Below are positions 1-9,484 of a DNA stretch of 64,000 nt, in pieces. Numbering within the stretch: position 1 is the stretch's first letter; each line of letters begins with the position of its first letter. The position numbers were made by a program, and so were the translations under genes. The stretch covers positions 31,881 through 95,880 of the forward strand of contig DAIDAO010000056.1 in the NCBI GenBank assembly GCA_027310575.1, given 5' to 3'. The stretch is from a bacterium. GTDB lineage: Archaea; Thermoproteota; Nitrososphaeria; Nitrososphaerales; Gagatemarchaeaceae. A model generated the notes under the pieces. That model did not search any database, was not told the origin of the DNA, and saw nothing but the letters and a program-made list of their open reading frames with translations.

Positions 1-1
1 G

Positions 2-763
2 AAGGTCCTGAAGACCGCAGCGAAGCCGCCGACTGACACAGTGGACGTCGTCCTCAGCCCCGAGCTTTCGAGCATAGCAGCCCACGAGTCTGTGGGGCAC
101 CCGCAGGAGGCGGACAGGGTCCTCGGGAGGGAGGGCGCTCAGGCCGGGGAGTCGTACCTGAAGGCCGACGGCCTCGGAAGGAGGGTGGGGAGCCCCGAGG
201 CGAACGTCAGCGACGACCCGACCCTGCTGCACTCGAACGGCTACGTTCCAGTCGACGACGAGGGGGTCGTCGCGAGGAAGCGGCTGCTCATCAAGGAGGG
301 GGTCATCAACGAGTTCCTGCAGAACAGGACGACAGCGAAGGAGTTCGGGCTCCGGAGCAACGGAGCTTCGAGGAGCGTGTCCTTCAACAGGGAGCCGATC
401 ATCCGCATGTCGAACACCTTCGTCGAGCCCGGGGACTACACGACCGATGAGCTCCTGAAGGAGGTGAAGCACGGCGTCCTGTTCAAGACATTCACCGAGT
501 GGAACATCGACGACAAGCGTCTCAACCAGAGATACGTCGCACTCGAAGCGTACTTAATCGAGCACGGGGAGCTGAAGGGGCTGGTGAAGTCTCCGGTCCT
601 CGAGATCACGACGCCGAAGCTGTGGGGGAGCGTGAAGGCGAGGAGCAAGCACATGGAGTTCGAGGCGGCCACGTGCGGCAAGGGGGACCCGATGCAGGGT
701 GCGCCGGTGTGGACCGGGGGCCCGGAGACGCTGCTCGCCGGGATAAGGCTGGGGGCGAGGTAG
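2..763 (+). CDS. tldD: TldD-family metalloprotease, C-terminal part (5' end lies outside the window)
   Basis: The frame is open to the window edge, and the track 'M' at 41 is an internal GTG. It has the HExxxH-type motif AHESVGH and a TldD/PmbA (peptidase U62)-like C-terminus. A pmbA-like gene follows 3 nt later. Confidence 0.85.
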   Translation, partial: KVLKTAAKPPTDTVDVVLSPELSSIAAHESVGHPQEADRVLGREGAQAGESYLKADGLGRRVGSPEANVSDDPTLLHSNGYVPVDDEGVVARKRLLIKEGVINEFLQNRTTAKEFGLRSNGASRSVSFNREPIIRMSNTFVEPGDYTTDELLKEVKHGVLFKTFTEWNIDDKRLNQRYVALEAYLIEHGELKGLVKSPVLEITTPKLWGSVKARSKHMEFEAATCGKGDPMQGAPVWTGGPETLLAGIRLGAR

Positions 764-765
764 AC

Positions 766-2097
766 ATGGACCTGCAGGAGCTGAACGAAAGGGCGGTCTC
801 CGCGGCAAGGAGGCTGGGCGCGGACGACGCGGTAGCACTGAGCGCCAACAGCGCGGACAGCATGATCAGGTTCGCCAACAACTCCGTGTCGGTCGTCAAC
901 CGGGTGGAGGAGGCTGAGCTGACGGTCTACCTGGCCAAGGGAGGGAAGAGGGCCATTGCGTCGACCTCGAACCTGGAGCCGGCTTCGGTGAAACAGTTCG
1001 TGTCCGAGCTGTTCGGGTCGCTGAAGGGCCTCCCGAAGTCGGAGTACGTCCCGCTCCCGGACAGGGCGGTCAGGTACTCCCCGAGCAGGCTGAGCTACGA
1101 CAGGAGGCTGGAGGACGTGGACAGCGAGCTCCCGGGGCTCGCGAAGGAGGCGATCGACGCGTCCCTCGAGGCAGGGGGGAGGAGGGCCGCGGGAGTGATC
1201 AACGCGGGCAAGGGGACGATCGCGATAATGACCTCCGCCGGGACCCAGGGGATCGACTCCCGCACGGCCATAACCCTCAACATCAGGACCTTCGCCGAAA
1301 ACGAGGCGAGCGGGCACGGCCTTTCGTGCTCGTCGACCCTGTCGCACTTCGACCCCAAGGAGGCCGGGAGGCGGGCGGGGGAGGGTGCCAGGCGGATGAA
1401 AGACGCCTCAGAACCCGAGGCAGGGAAGTACGAAGTCCTCCTGAGCCCGACCGTGGCGTCGAACCTGATCGAGACGGTCGCAGGGGCTGCGTCCGCGTTC
1501 TCCGTCGACGCAGGCACGTCGTACCTGGCCGAGAAGGTGGGGAAGAAGGTCGCGTCGCCTCTGTTCAGCCTGACGGACCACGGGGTCGTGGAAGGGGGCC
1601 TCGGGGGCCGGGTGTTCGACGACGAGGGGGTGAAGACGAGGACGAACAAGATCATCGACGGCGGCGTCCTCCAGGGGTACCTGCACAACCTGACGACAGC
1701 TAAGAAGTGGAAGACCGAGAGCACGGGGAGCGCGGGGTTCGTGACCCCCCATGCCTGGAACCTGGAGGTGGGGGCCGGTGACTCCTCGTACGACGAGATG
1801 ATAGCGGAGATCAAGCGGGGCATAGTGCTCACGAGCAACTGGTACACCCGCTTCAAGAACTACAGGACAGGGGAGTTCTCCACGGTCCCACGGGACGGAG
1901 CGTACCTGGTCGAGAACGGGAAGGTGGTGAGGTCGCTCAAGGGGATGAGGGCGGGGGACGACCTAGAGAGGCTCCTCTCGTCGGTCCGGCTCGTCTCAAA
2001 GGACAGGGAATGGGTACAGTGGTGGGAGGTCGACACGCCGACCCTCTGCCCATGGCTGCTCGTCGACGGGGTCACGATAACCCGCGCGTACGGATAG
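766..2097 (+). CDS. pmbA: PmbA/TldE-family protein (TldD partner)
   Basis: ATG at 766, in the frame of track ORF 499..2097. It is a TldD/PmbA-family sequence without the HExxxH motif. The tldD-pmbA tandem is typical. Confidence 0.8.
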   Translation: MDLQELNERAVSAARRLGADDAVALSANSADSMIRFANNSVSVVNRVEEAELTVYLAKGGKRAIASTSNLEPASVKQFVSELFGSLKGLPKSEYVPLPDRAVRYSPSRLSYDRRLEDVDSELPGLAKEAIDASLEAGGRRAAGVINAGKGTIAIMTSAGTQGIDSRTAITLNIRTFAENEASGHGLSCSSTLSHFDPKEAGRRAGEGARRMKDASEPEAGKYEVLLSPTVASNLIETVAGAASAFSVDAGTSYLAEKVGKKVASPLFSLTDHGVVEGGLGGRVFDDEGVKTRTNKIIDGGVLQGYLHNLTTAKKWKTESTGSAGFVTPHAWNLEVGAGDSSYDEMIAEIKRGIVLTSNWYTRFKNYRTGEFSTVPRDGAYLVENGKVVRSLKGMRAGDDLERLLSSVRLVSKDREWVQWWEVDTPTLCPWLLVDGVTITRAYG

Positions 2098-2107
2098 AAG
2101 AAGGGGA

Positions 2108-2126
2108 GGCTGCGGTGGCCGCAGCC
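2108..2126. terminator. 8-bp perfect hairpin between convergent genes
   Basis: GGCTGCGG-tgg-CCGCAGCC lies between the pmbA stop (2097) and the trpB2 stop (2137). Function is not established, since archaeal termination usually relies on T-tracts. Confidence 0.3.
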
Positions 2127-2136
2127 TGCTATCGGG

Positions 2137-3504
2137 CTACCTGACTACTGGGAGCGATTCGAGGGCCTTCCCCAGGGCAGCGGAGTCTGGCTCGTAGTCG
2201 ATGAGCTTGTTCGCCAGCTTGTCTTCGTAGGCCTTGAGGTCCAGAAGGCCGTGGCCGCTGAGGTTGAAGAGGATGGTCTTGGCCTCGTTCTTCCGCTTGC
2301 ACTCCAGCGCTATGTCGACCGCCGCCTTGACTGCGTGGTTGGATTCGGGGGCTGGGACTATCCCCTCGGTCTGCGCAAGGAGGAGGCCGGCGTCCATGAT
2401 CTCGTTCTGGGTGTAGGCGACGCTGCGCATGAATCCCTTGTCGATGAGCATGCACATCGACGGGGCCTTCCCGTGGTACCTGAGGCCGCCTGCGTGGATC
2501 GGGGGGCACTGGTAGGAGTGGCCGACTGTGTGCATCTTGATGAGCGGCGTCGTCTCGCCTGTGTCTGCGAAGTCGTACCTGTACTCGCCTCTGGTCGTCG
2601 ACGGGACGGCCTTGGGCTCGGCAGCGACGAACACCGCGTCGCTCCTCCCGCGGAGCTTGTCCCGCATGAAGGGGTACGCGAGGCCGGCGTAGTTGCTCCC
2701 TCCCCCGATGCACCCGACGATGTAGTCAGGGTCTTCGCCGAACTCCTCCATCTGGAGCTTCGCCTCCTGGCCGATGACAGACTGGTGGGTGAGGACGTGG
2801 TTGAGGACGCTCCCGAGCGCGTACTTCGTGTTGTCGTGCGTGACGCAGTCTTCGATGGCCTCGCTGATGGCTATCCCGAGGCTCCCAGGGTGGTTGGGGT
2901 CCTGGCCCAGGAACTTCTTGCCTGCGCTCGTCTTCGAGCTCGGAGAAGCGTGCACTTCAGCCCCATAGACCTCCATCAGCGTCCTGCGGTAGGGCTTCTG
3001 GTCGTAGCTGGCCCTGGTCATGTAGACCGTGAGGTCTATGTCGAAGAGCGCTGTGGCGAGCGCGAGCGCGCTCCCCCACTGCCCCGCGCCCGTCTCGGTG
3101 GTGAGCCGCTCTGTGCCTTCTTTCCTGTGGTAGTACGCCTGGGCGATGGCGGTGTTCGGCTTGTGGCTTCCGGCGGGGTTGAGGTCTTCGCGCTTGAAGT
3201 AGATTTTGGCAGGGGTCCCCAGCTTCTGCTCGAGGCGCGTCGCCCTGTAGAGGGGGGTCGGCCGGCCGAGCCTGAGATACGCTTCCCTGACTTCCTCTGG
3301 GATGGGTATGAACTCCTGGGTGGAGACCTCCTGCATTACGCACTCCTTCGCGAAGAGGCGCAGCAGCGGCTCCGGGGACATGGGCTGGAGCGTCCTGGGA
3401 TCGAGGGGGGGCGGAAGAGGTTCGGGCAGGTCGTGCTGGATGTTGTAGTAGTCGGTGGGTAGTTGGTCCTGCGTAAGGACCGCCTTGAGCTGTGTCTTGC
3501 TCAT
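2137..3504 (-). CDS. trpB: TrpB2-type tryptophan synthase beta-like PLP enzyme
   Basis: 455 aa. It has the PLP-lysine motif GSHKPNTA and the long-form (about 450 aa) architecture typical of TrpB2. No trpA is present in the window. Confidence 0.85.
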   Translation of the reverse strand: MSKTQLKAVLTQDQLPTDYYNIQHDLPEPLPPPLDPRTLQPMSPEPLLRLFAKECVMQEVSTQEFIPIPEEVREAYLRLGRPTPLYRATRLEQKLGTPAKIYFKREDLNPAGSHKPNTAIAQAYYHRKEGTERLTTETGAGQWGSALALATALFDIDLTVYMTRASYDQKPYRRTLMEVYGAEVHASPSSKTSAGKKFLGQDPNHPGSLGIAISEAIEDCVTHDNTKYALGSVLNHVLTHQSVIGQEAKLQMEEFGEDPDYIVGCIGGGSNYAGLAYPFMRDKLRGRSDAVFVAAEPKAVPSTTRGEYRYDFADTGETTPLIKMHTVGHSYQCPPIHAGGLRYHGKAPSMCMLIDKGFMRSVAYTQNEIMDAGLLLAQTEGIVPAPESNHAVKAAVDIALECKRKNEAKTILFNLSGHGLLDLKAYEDKLANKLIDYEPDSAALGKALESLPVVR

Positions 3505-3617
3505 GAAGTACGTCGGTTTTCTGGGGGTTAAATCGAATCCTGACGCTTTCTGTACATGAAATCCCAGGCGCGGAATGACAAAAACGTCATAAGTGCACAG
3601 ATTAGTACACGCCCCAG

Positions 3618-4124
3618 ATGTGGACCAACATCCGGAAGGAGTTCGAAAGGCAGGTCGTGAGGCCCGAGATCGTCAGGAAGATGATCGAGTGCGGCATGCG
3701 GGTCTCTGACGACGAGAAGATCTACGTCGACGACGTCGAGGTGGACTATACCGCAGTGGCCAATGCGCTCGACGTTGACAGGAGGGTGGTCAAGAGCACA
3801 GCCCAGCAGATACGGCAGAACAGGTACCTGTACTCCCTTTTCTCGAAGACGAGACCGCTCGGCACGAGCCTGGTCGACGTCGTATCCCACCTGGGTTACA
3901 CCGCGATAATCATAGAAGCGGATCCGAAGTCGCCCGGGGTGATGGCTGGGGTCGCCGAGATCTTGGCCCGCCACGGCATGGTCGTGCGCCAGGCGGTGGC
4001 GGAAGACCCCGAGATGGTGCCAGACGCCAAGATGACCCTTGTGGTCGCAGGCCAGTTGACCGGCCAGGCGCTGGAAGAGCTGAACGGGCTCAAGGTCGTC
4101 AGGAGCATAAAGATCCTGAAGTAG
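3618..4124 (+). CDS. ACT-domain putative regulator of amino-acid metabolism (COG2150-like)
   Basis: 168 aa with an N-terminal small DNA/ligand domain and a C-terminal ACT-like segment (IIIEADPKSPGVMAGVAEILARHGMVVRQ). It is divergent from trpB2. Confidence 0.6.
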   Translation: MWTNIRKEFERQVVRPEIVRKMIECGMRVSDDEKIYVDDVEVDYTAVANALDVDRRVVKSTAQQIRQNRYLYSLFSKTRPLGTSLVDVVSHLGYTAIIIEADPKSPGVMAGVAEILARHGMVVRQAVAEDPEMVPDAKMTLVVAGQLTGQALEELNGLKVVRSIKILK

Positions 4125-4125
4125 C

Positions 4126-5088
4126 ATGCCCCGCGCATTCGACGTGGCCGTGATGCACGACTTCTACGTAGACAGGCTGCTCTACTCCGGGCCGATCGAC
4201 GCCTTCGCCAGGACTATCAGAGAGAAGAAGGCGGCTGGGGGCGGGGGCATCCACGGGGTCAGGCAGGTGGACGCGCGAGGCGGGAACGCCGTCAACCTGG
4301 CCCACGCGCTGGCAAGGCTCGGGCTGAGGACCCTCCTGATCACCCACAGCGACTGGACCCACGAGGGCATCCTGAGGCAGACGTTCGAAGGGCTGGACGT
4401 GGAGCTCAGGGTCAAGCCCCGTCCCACTGCGCTGACCGTGGCTCTCGAAGGGGACGTGAACGTGATGCTCGGGGACGGGAGGGGAGCGTCGGACTTCGGC
4501 CCCGCGCTCCTGGACAACAGAGACTGGCGCGCCCTGGAGAGCTCCAGGCTGGTCTGCTCGGTCAACTGGGCAATCAACAGGCGGGGGACGGAGCTGCTCG
4601 CGGCCCTGAGGCGGCGGCTCGGCGCGGGCAAGGCGATCTTCCTCGACGCCGCGGACTTCCGGGACAGGGGGGCGGACTTTCCCGAGCTGCTCGGCGCCAT
4701 CGCGAAGAAGCGGCTGGTCGACTGGGTGAGCATGAACGAGCAGGAGGGGGTCGCCGCTGCGAGGATCCTTGGAATCGCGTCGGAAGACATGCGCGAGATG
4801 TGCAGGGGCCTCGCGAGAAGGCTCGGCGTTGTCTTCGACCTGCACGCCGAGGACGCCTCCTACAGCAGCGAGGGGACCCGCGTGTCTAGCGCCCCGGTCA
4901 GGAAGGTGAAGGCGGAGAGGCTCACCGGCGCCGGGGACGTCTGGGACGCGGGGGCGATCTATGGGAGGCTGAACGGGATGGACGAACCGCGAAGGCTCGA
5001 GTTCGCGAACGCCGTGGCGAGGCTCTACCTCGAAAGCGAGGAACTCGTGCCGCCCACCCTGGCGCAGGCGAAGAAGGCCGTGGCGTAG
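4126..5088 (+). CDS. PfkB-family carbohydrate/nucleoside kinase
   Basis: 320 aa. It carries the C-terminal PfkB signature TGAGDVWDAGAIYG. The ATG lies 2 nt after the preceding stop. Confidence 0.7.
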   Translation: MPRAFDVAVMHDFYVDRLLYSGPIDAFARTIREKKAAGGGGIHGVRQVDARGGNAVNLAHALARLGLRTLLITHSDWTHEGILRQTFEGLDVELRVKPRPTALTVALEGDVNVMLGDGRGASDFGPALLDNRDWRALESSRLVCSVNWAINRRGTELLAALRRRLGAGKAIFLDAADFRDRGADFPELLGAIAKKRLVDWVSMNEQEGVAAARILGIASEDMREMCRGLARRLGVVFDLHAEDASYSSEGTRVSSAPVRKVKAERLTGAGDVWDAGAIYGRLNGMDEPRRLEFANAVARLYLESEELVPPTLAQAKKAVA

Positions 5089-5616
5089 CTACTTCTCGAG
5101 CATTCTCGAGAAGGTCCACGCGACCGTGCTGAGGATCTCGTTGAGCCTGGCCTTGTCCCTGTAGTTCTCGACTATCAGCTTGGAGACCGACCCGTTGCTC
5201 TCTTCGAGGTCGAAGCGGAGCTCGGAGCCCTTCGGCAGCTTCCCGGCCTTGATCAGCTCCTCGTCCTTGGCCTTCATCCCCTGGAGTATCTTCCCGATGA
5301 GGAATGACTTGAAAGGCGGCGTGGCGGACTTCAGGACCACCCCGGCCGGCTCGATCTCGACCGCGTCCGGCGTTATGGACGCCTTCCCGATCACCTGCCC
5401 TCCCTTGTCACGCTTGAGCTCCCTGACCTCTGGCGCCTCCTTTGGCTCTGCCATCATCTCTATGGCTGGCTTGAAGGTCGACGCCCTGAGCGACGCGTCC
5501 ACGTAGCCGAGGGTCTCGCGCAACCGCTCCAGCTCCTCCTGAAGCTGCGCAATCCTCCCCTCGAGCCAGAGCTTGGTCTCGGCCGCCCTTTTCACGTCGG
5601 TTTCGGAGGAAGCCAT
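5089..5616 (-). CDS. hypothetical protein with N-terminal coiled coil
   Basis: 175 aa with an ATG start. Codon usage resembles the neighbouring genes. It has the heptad-like stretch LWLEGRIAQLQEELERLRETL. I recognise no family. Confidence 0.5.
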   Translation of the reverse strand: MASSETDVKRAAETKLWLEGRIAQLQEELERLRETLGYVDASLRASTFKPAIEMMAEPKEAPEVRELKRDKGGQVIGKASITPDAVEIEPAGVVLKSATPPFKSFLIGKILQGMKAKDEELIKAGKLPKGSELRFDLEESNGSVSKLIVENYRDKARLNEILSTVAWTFSRMLEK

Positions 5617-5693
5617 CGAGAGACGTCGGGGGGGGTTGCGCTAAAAACGTTAGCGGGAGGGACGTCTGTGAAAGTGTTAAGACGCCAGCCGCG

Positions 5694-6449
5694 TTGGCCA
5701 TTGTTCTGCTCAGTTCCAAGCGAAGGAGCACCCTGGTGGCCGGCGCCGCGATCTTTGCTGCCCTCTTTGCGGTGCTCGGCCTTGTCCCGATCTCGAGGCT
5801 TGTCGGCCTGGCCAGCTTCATCACGATGAGGGAGGCGATCAGCCCGCTCATTGGGATGCTGCTCGGGCCCCTCGGCGGGGCGTCGGTGATCATAGGCGTC
5901 TTCCTGGATTTCGGCCTCGGCAGGCCGGTCGTCTTCCTCGGCCTGGACTTCATGATCGACCTGGCCGCGGCGGTTACCGCCGGGCTCGCATTCACGGGGA
6001 GGAGGAAGCTCGCGGTGCTCCTCCCGGCTGCCCTGATAGTCATCTTCGTCGTCAGCCCGTCCTCGGCGGGTCTGGTGGGCGTCGGGGGCGTTCAGATTCC
6101 GTTCGTATGGATGCACGTCTCTTCAGTCGTGGTGCTGGCTGCCGCCCTTCACCTCGAAGCGGAGGGGCGGGTCACGAGGCTGAGCTCGGCCTTCGTCGGC
6201 GCGGTCGTGTTCGCCTCAACAATGGCCGGGCACATAACCGGAGGGATTCTCACCGAGTACGTCTACCTCGACCAGGGGATACTGTTCGGGGCTGGCTCGA
6301 CCGGGGCATACTGGTCCACCGTGTTCTTCCTCTACCCGGCTGAAAGGGTCTTCCTCACCGTCGTCGGCACAGCTGTGTCGCTCCCGGTGCTGCGCGCGCT
6401 CTCCAGGAGGGTGCACAAAGACGCGACCGCTGAAGCGGCCCGGTCATGA
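5694..6449 (+). CDS. polytopic integral membrane protein (about 6 TM), family unknown
   Basis: 251 aa, hydrophobic throughout. The TTG start is uncertain. It loosely resembles ECF S-components, but I cannot assign it. Confidence 0.5.
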   Translation: MAIVLLSSKRRSTLVAGAAIFAALFAVLGLVPISRLVGLASFITMREAISPLIGMLLGPLGGASVIIGVFLDFGLGRPVVFLGLDFMIDLAAAVTAGLAFTGRRKLAVLLPAALIVIFVVSPSSAGLVGVGGVQIPFVWMHVSSVVVLAAALHLEAEGRVTRLSSAFVGAVVFASTMAGHITGGILTEYVYLDQGILFGAGSTGAYWSTVFFLYPAERVFLTVVGTAVSLPVLRALSRRVHKDATAEAARS

Positions 6450-6498
6450 ATCGGTTCGGGAGCAGCTTTTAATCCGCTGACGCGGGGCTCGCCCCGCC

Positions 6499-7704
6499 AT
6501 GTCCGGGAAGGACGCTTCTTACGAAGTTGCTGTCGCACACTTCCGCAAGCTGGTGCAGGAGCAGGCCGAGCGGGTCGAAAGGATCAGCAAGCAGGCGGAG
6601 TGGCTGGACTACTCGAAGCTGCCGAAGCTCGTTATCGGCGTCATCGGCGGGGACGGGATAGGCCCGATCATAGCGAAGGAAGCGACGCGCGTGCTGAAGG
6701 AGCTCCTGAAGGACGAGGTCAGGTCGGGGAAGGTCGAGATCAGGGAAATCGAAGGGCTCACGCTCGAGCGGAGGATCAAGCTGATGCAGCCTCTACCTGA
6801 CGACGTGCTCGCGGAGATCAGGAAGTGCCACGTCCTGCTGAAGGGGCCGACGACGACCCCAGAGGAGGGGAGCGGGATGCCGAACATCGAGAGCGCGAAC
6901 ATCGCCATCAGGAGGACGTTCGACCTTTTCGCGAACGTGCGCCCCGTGCGGGTCCCGTCTCAGGGGATAGACTGGATATTCTTCAGGGAGAACACGGAAG
7001 GCGAGTACGTGCTCGGCAGCAAGGGGCTGATGGTCACCCCAGAGATGGCAATGGACTTCAAGGTCATCACCAAGCCCGGCGCGGAGCGAATCATACGGCT
7101 CGCCTTCGAGCACGCCAGGAAGACGGGCAGGAAGAAGGTCACGGTCGTGACGAAGGCCAACGTCATCAAGACGACGGACGGCCTCTTCCTGGAGACTGCG
7201 AAGAGGATAGCCAAGGAGTTCCCGGAGATAAGATGGGACGGCTGGTACATCGACGTCTTCACTGCGAAGCTGATCGACGAACGGAGGAGGAGGGAGTTCG
7301 AGGTCGTCGTCCTCCCGAACCTCTACGGAGACATCGTCACCGACGAGGCTGCTGAGCTCCAAGGGGGCGTCGGGACAGCGGGGAGCGCGAACATAGGATC
7401 GAGATTCGGGATGTTCGAGGCCATCCACGGCTCGGCCCCGAGGATGATAACCGAGGGGAGAGGGCAGTACGCGGACCCGCTGAGCCTGATGAGGGCGGCG
7501 GTGATGCTGCTCGAGCACGTGGGCATGGTGGACAGGGCGAGGAAGCTCGGAAAGGCGCTGGACGTATGCGGCATCTATGACCAGAAGGCGAAGATCACCG
7601 GGCACCCCGACGGCGCGACGGCGGGGCAGTTCGGGGACCACGTGATATCCACTCTGGCCGATCCGAAGCTCGATGCCAGATGGGAATCATACCAGAAGAG
7701 CTGA
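6499..7704 (+). CDS. isocitrate/isopropylmalate dehydrogenase family protein
   Basis: 401 aa. It has GGDGIGPII nucleotide/substrate loops, NLYGDIVTDEAA and GSAPRM motifs typical of beta-decarboxylating dehydrogenases. Confidence 0.8.
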   Translation: MSGKDASYEVAVAHFRKLVQEQAERVERISKQAEWLDYSKLPKLVIGVIGGDGIGPIIAKEATRVLKELLKDEVRSGKVEIREIEGLTLERRIKLMQPLPDDVLAEIRKCHVLLKGPTTTPEEGSGMPNIESANIAIRRTFDLFANVRPVRVPSQGIDWIFFRENTEGEYVLGSKGLMVTPEMAMDFKVITKPGAERIIRLAFEHARKTGRKKVTVVTKANVIKTTDGLFLETAKRIAKEFPEIRWDGWYIDVFTAKLIDERRRREFEVVVLPNLYGDIVTDEAAELQGGVGTAGSANIGSRFGMFEAIHGSAPRMITEGRGQYADPLSLMRAAVMLLEHVGMVDRARKLGKALDVCGIYDQKAKITGHPDGATAGQFGDHVISTLADPKLDARWESYQKS

Positions 7705-7708
7705 ACGC

Positions 7709-7981
7709 TCAACCGTGAATCCGGAAGTCCCGGTGGTTCCTCGGGGCAGTGACTTGGACGTCGACCTTGTCCACCCGAGCCCGCGGGGGGCCTGACCGGG
7801 CCCATTCGAGGACCCTCTTCACCCTCCTTTCATCCCCCTCCAGGAACGCCTCCACCGAACCGTCGGGGAGGTTCCTCACCCACCCCCTCACACCCAGATC
7901 TGCGGCCAGCTGCGCCATGCTCGAGCGGAACGACACGCCGTGCACCAGCCCCTTGATCCTGACGCGGACCGCGGTAACCAA
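7709..7981 (-). CDS. acyP: acylphosphatase
   Basis: The last 90 codons of track ORF 7709..8404 read VRVRIKGLVHGVSFR...GWVRNLPDGSVEA, the acylphosphatase signature. The TTG at 7981 is the only plausible start before the marC stop. Confidence 0.75.
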   Translation of the reverse strand: MVTAVRVRIKGLVHGVSFRSSMAQLAADLGVRGWVRNLPDGSVEAFLEGDERRVKRVLEWARSGPPRARVDKVDVQVTAPRNHRDFRIHG

Positions 7982-7989
7982 GGCCCCCG

Positions 7990-8607
7990 CTACAGGGCAG
8001 GGAAGAGGCCGGTTATCCCTGTTGCTATGAACGAAACTGCGAGCGCAGCTATGAGGAGCGCCGTGATCCTCGAGAGCGCTATCGTGCCGTTCTTGCCGAT
8101 GACCCGCCTGACCCACTCCGAGCCGGAGAGGATGACGAAGCAGAGCACGGCGTTGACCGCTATGACCACGAGGGCGAGGAAGGGGCTGTACGGGCTGGAG
8201 GAGATGATTATCACTGTCGAGATGGCTCCCGGGCCCGCGAGGAGGGGCGTCGCGAGGGGGAACGCGGCGACGTCGGACGGCTCCAGTCCCTTCGAGCGGT
8301 CGCCTTCTCCCTGGAGGTGGTCGACTGCCACTATGAACAGGATGATCCCCCCTGCGACCCGGAAGTCGTTTATGGTGATGCCGAAGATGTCGAAGATGAG
8401 CCACCCGAACAGCGCGAAAAGGACGAGTATCACCGTCGATATGATCACTGCCTGCCTGACTATCCGCCGCCTGTCTCCGGGGTAGCCTTCGGTCAGCCCG
8501 ATGAAGATCGGGACGGTGCCGACCGCATCGATGACTGCGAACAGCAGGACGAAGGCTTCGAAGAAGAGGACGACGTCAAAGGCGAAGAATGACGAAACAA
8601 GCGACAT
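7990..8607 (-). CDS. MarC-family (UPF0056) membrane protein
   Basis: ATG at 8607 (CAT confirmed on the + strand). 205 aa. FAVIDAVGTVPIF is the family N-terminal motif. Confidence 0.75.
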   Translation of the reverse strand: MSLVSSFFAFDVVLFFEAFVLLFAVIDAVGTVPIFIGLTEGYPGDRRRIVRQAVIISTVILVLFALFGWLIFDIFGITINDFRVAGGIILFIVAVDHLQGEGDRSKGLEPSDVAAFPLATPLLAGPGAISTVIIISSSPYSPFLALVVIAVNAVLCFVILSGSEWVRRVIGKNGTIALSRITALLIAALAVSFIATGITGLFPAL

Positions 8608-8667
8608 TGCTTCGACCCCCCACGGCCTCCAAACGGATAAATAAGCAATTGAGCAAAAACACCGAGC

Positions 8668-8976
8668 TTGTCCCAGGTGGAACGGTCGGCCATCGACTCG
8701 GCACTGGCCAAGATCATGGACCCCGAGCTCGGCCGCTCCATAACGGAGCTGAGGCTCGTCGACAGGATGACGGTCAGCGGCGGGTCCGTAGACCTCGAGT
8801 TCCATCTGACCGCCCCGTTCTGCCCCCCGATGTTCGCGCTGAAGATCGCGACCGACATCAAGGCCGGGCTGATGTCAGTGCCAGGGGTGATCGAGGCGAA
8901 GGTCACGCTGCGCGGCCACTACCTGGCAGACGCAGTGAACAAGCAGGTCAACAGGCCAGCCCAGCCCGCGCACTAG
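8668..8976 (+). CDS. DUF59/MIP18-family Fe-S assembly protein
   Basis: 102 aa. It has the DPELGRSITELRLV...LTAPFCPP motif. The start is TTG 8668, or an in-frame GTG at 8677. Confidence 0.7.
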   Translation: MSQVERSAIDSALAKIMDPELGRSITELRLVDRMTVSGGSVDLEFHLTAPFCPPMFALKIATDIKAGLMSVPGVIEAKVTLRGHYLADAVNKQVNRPAQPAH

Positions 8977-9443
8977 TGGTCCGATTGGGCAGCAGGGAGC
9001 GGGTCGTCGACTATCTCAGACGGTCGGGGGCCAGCGTCGATCTGAGGGAGTTCGGCGAGAGCACGAGGAACTCGGCCCTGGCAGCACAGGCGCTGGGCTG
9101 CACCGTAGCTGAGATCGCGAAGAGCGTCGTGTTCGTGGGAAGGAAGACTGCGGTCGTGATAATATCAGGGGACAAGAGGGTCAGCTCGGCCCGCCTCGGG
9201 AGCGTGGCAGGCGAATCCCTGCGGGTTGCTACCCCTGATGAGGTGCGCGAGAGGACAGGCTTTCCCATAGGCGGAGTCCCGCCCTTTCCTCACGCCGAGG
9301 AGGTGGTTGTCCTCCCTGACTCGTCCCTGCTGAGGTTCGACAGGGTGTGGGCTGCCGCAGGGACGCCGAACGCCGTGTTCAGAATAGGCTCGTCGGACCT
9401 CCTGAAGCTGGTGGGGAGCGGCCCGTTCGAGCTCGCGGAGTAG
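8976..9443 (+). CDS. YbaK/prolyl-tRNA editing-domain (aminoacyl-tRNA deacylase) protein
   Basis: The GTG at 8976 overlaps the preceding TAG. About 155 aa of YbaK/EbsC-like sequence (AEIAKSVVF...GFPIGGVPPF). The upstream part of track ORF 8589..9443 overlaps the DUF59 gene. Confidence 0.7.
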   Translation: MVRLGSRERVVDYLRRSGASVDLREFGESTRNSALAAQALGCTVAEIAKSVVFVGRKTAVVIISGDKRVSSARLGSVAGESLRVATPDEVRERTGFPIGGVPPFPHAEEVVVLPDSSLLRFDRVWAAAGTPNAVFRIGSSDLLKLVGSGPFELAE

Positions 9444-9484
9444 CGTGGAAGAGTTTTAGACTCCCCATAGAGAACTCTAGAGGC

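Noticed and set aside
7982-8404. Upstream part of track ORF 7709..8404 (-)
   Set aside because: It overlaps the MarC gene in another frame and has no family signal. Acylphosphatase homology covers only the last 90 codons.
8589-8975. Upstream part of track ORF 8589..9443 (+)
   Set aside because: It overlaps the DUF59 gene in another frame and is Arg/Pro-rich. YbaK homology begins at GTG 8976.
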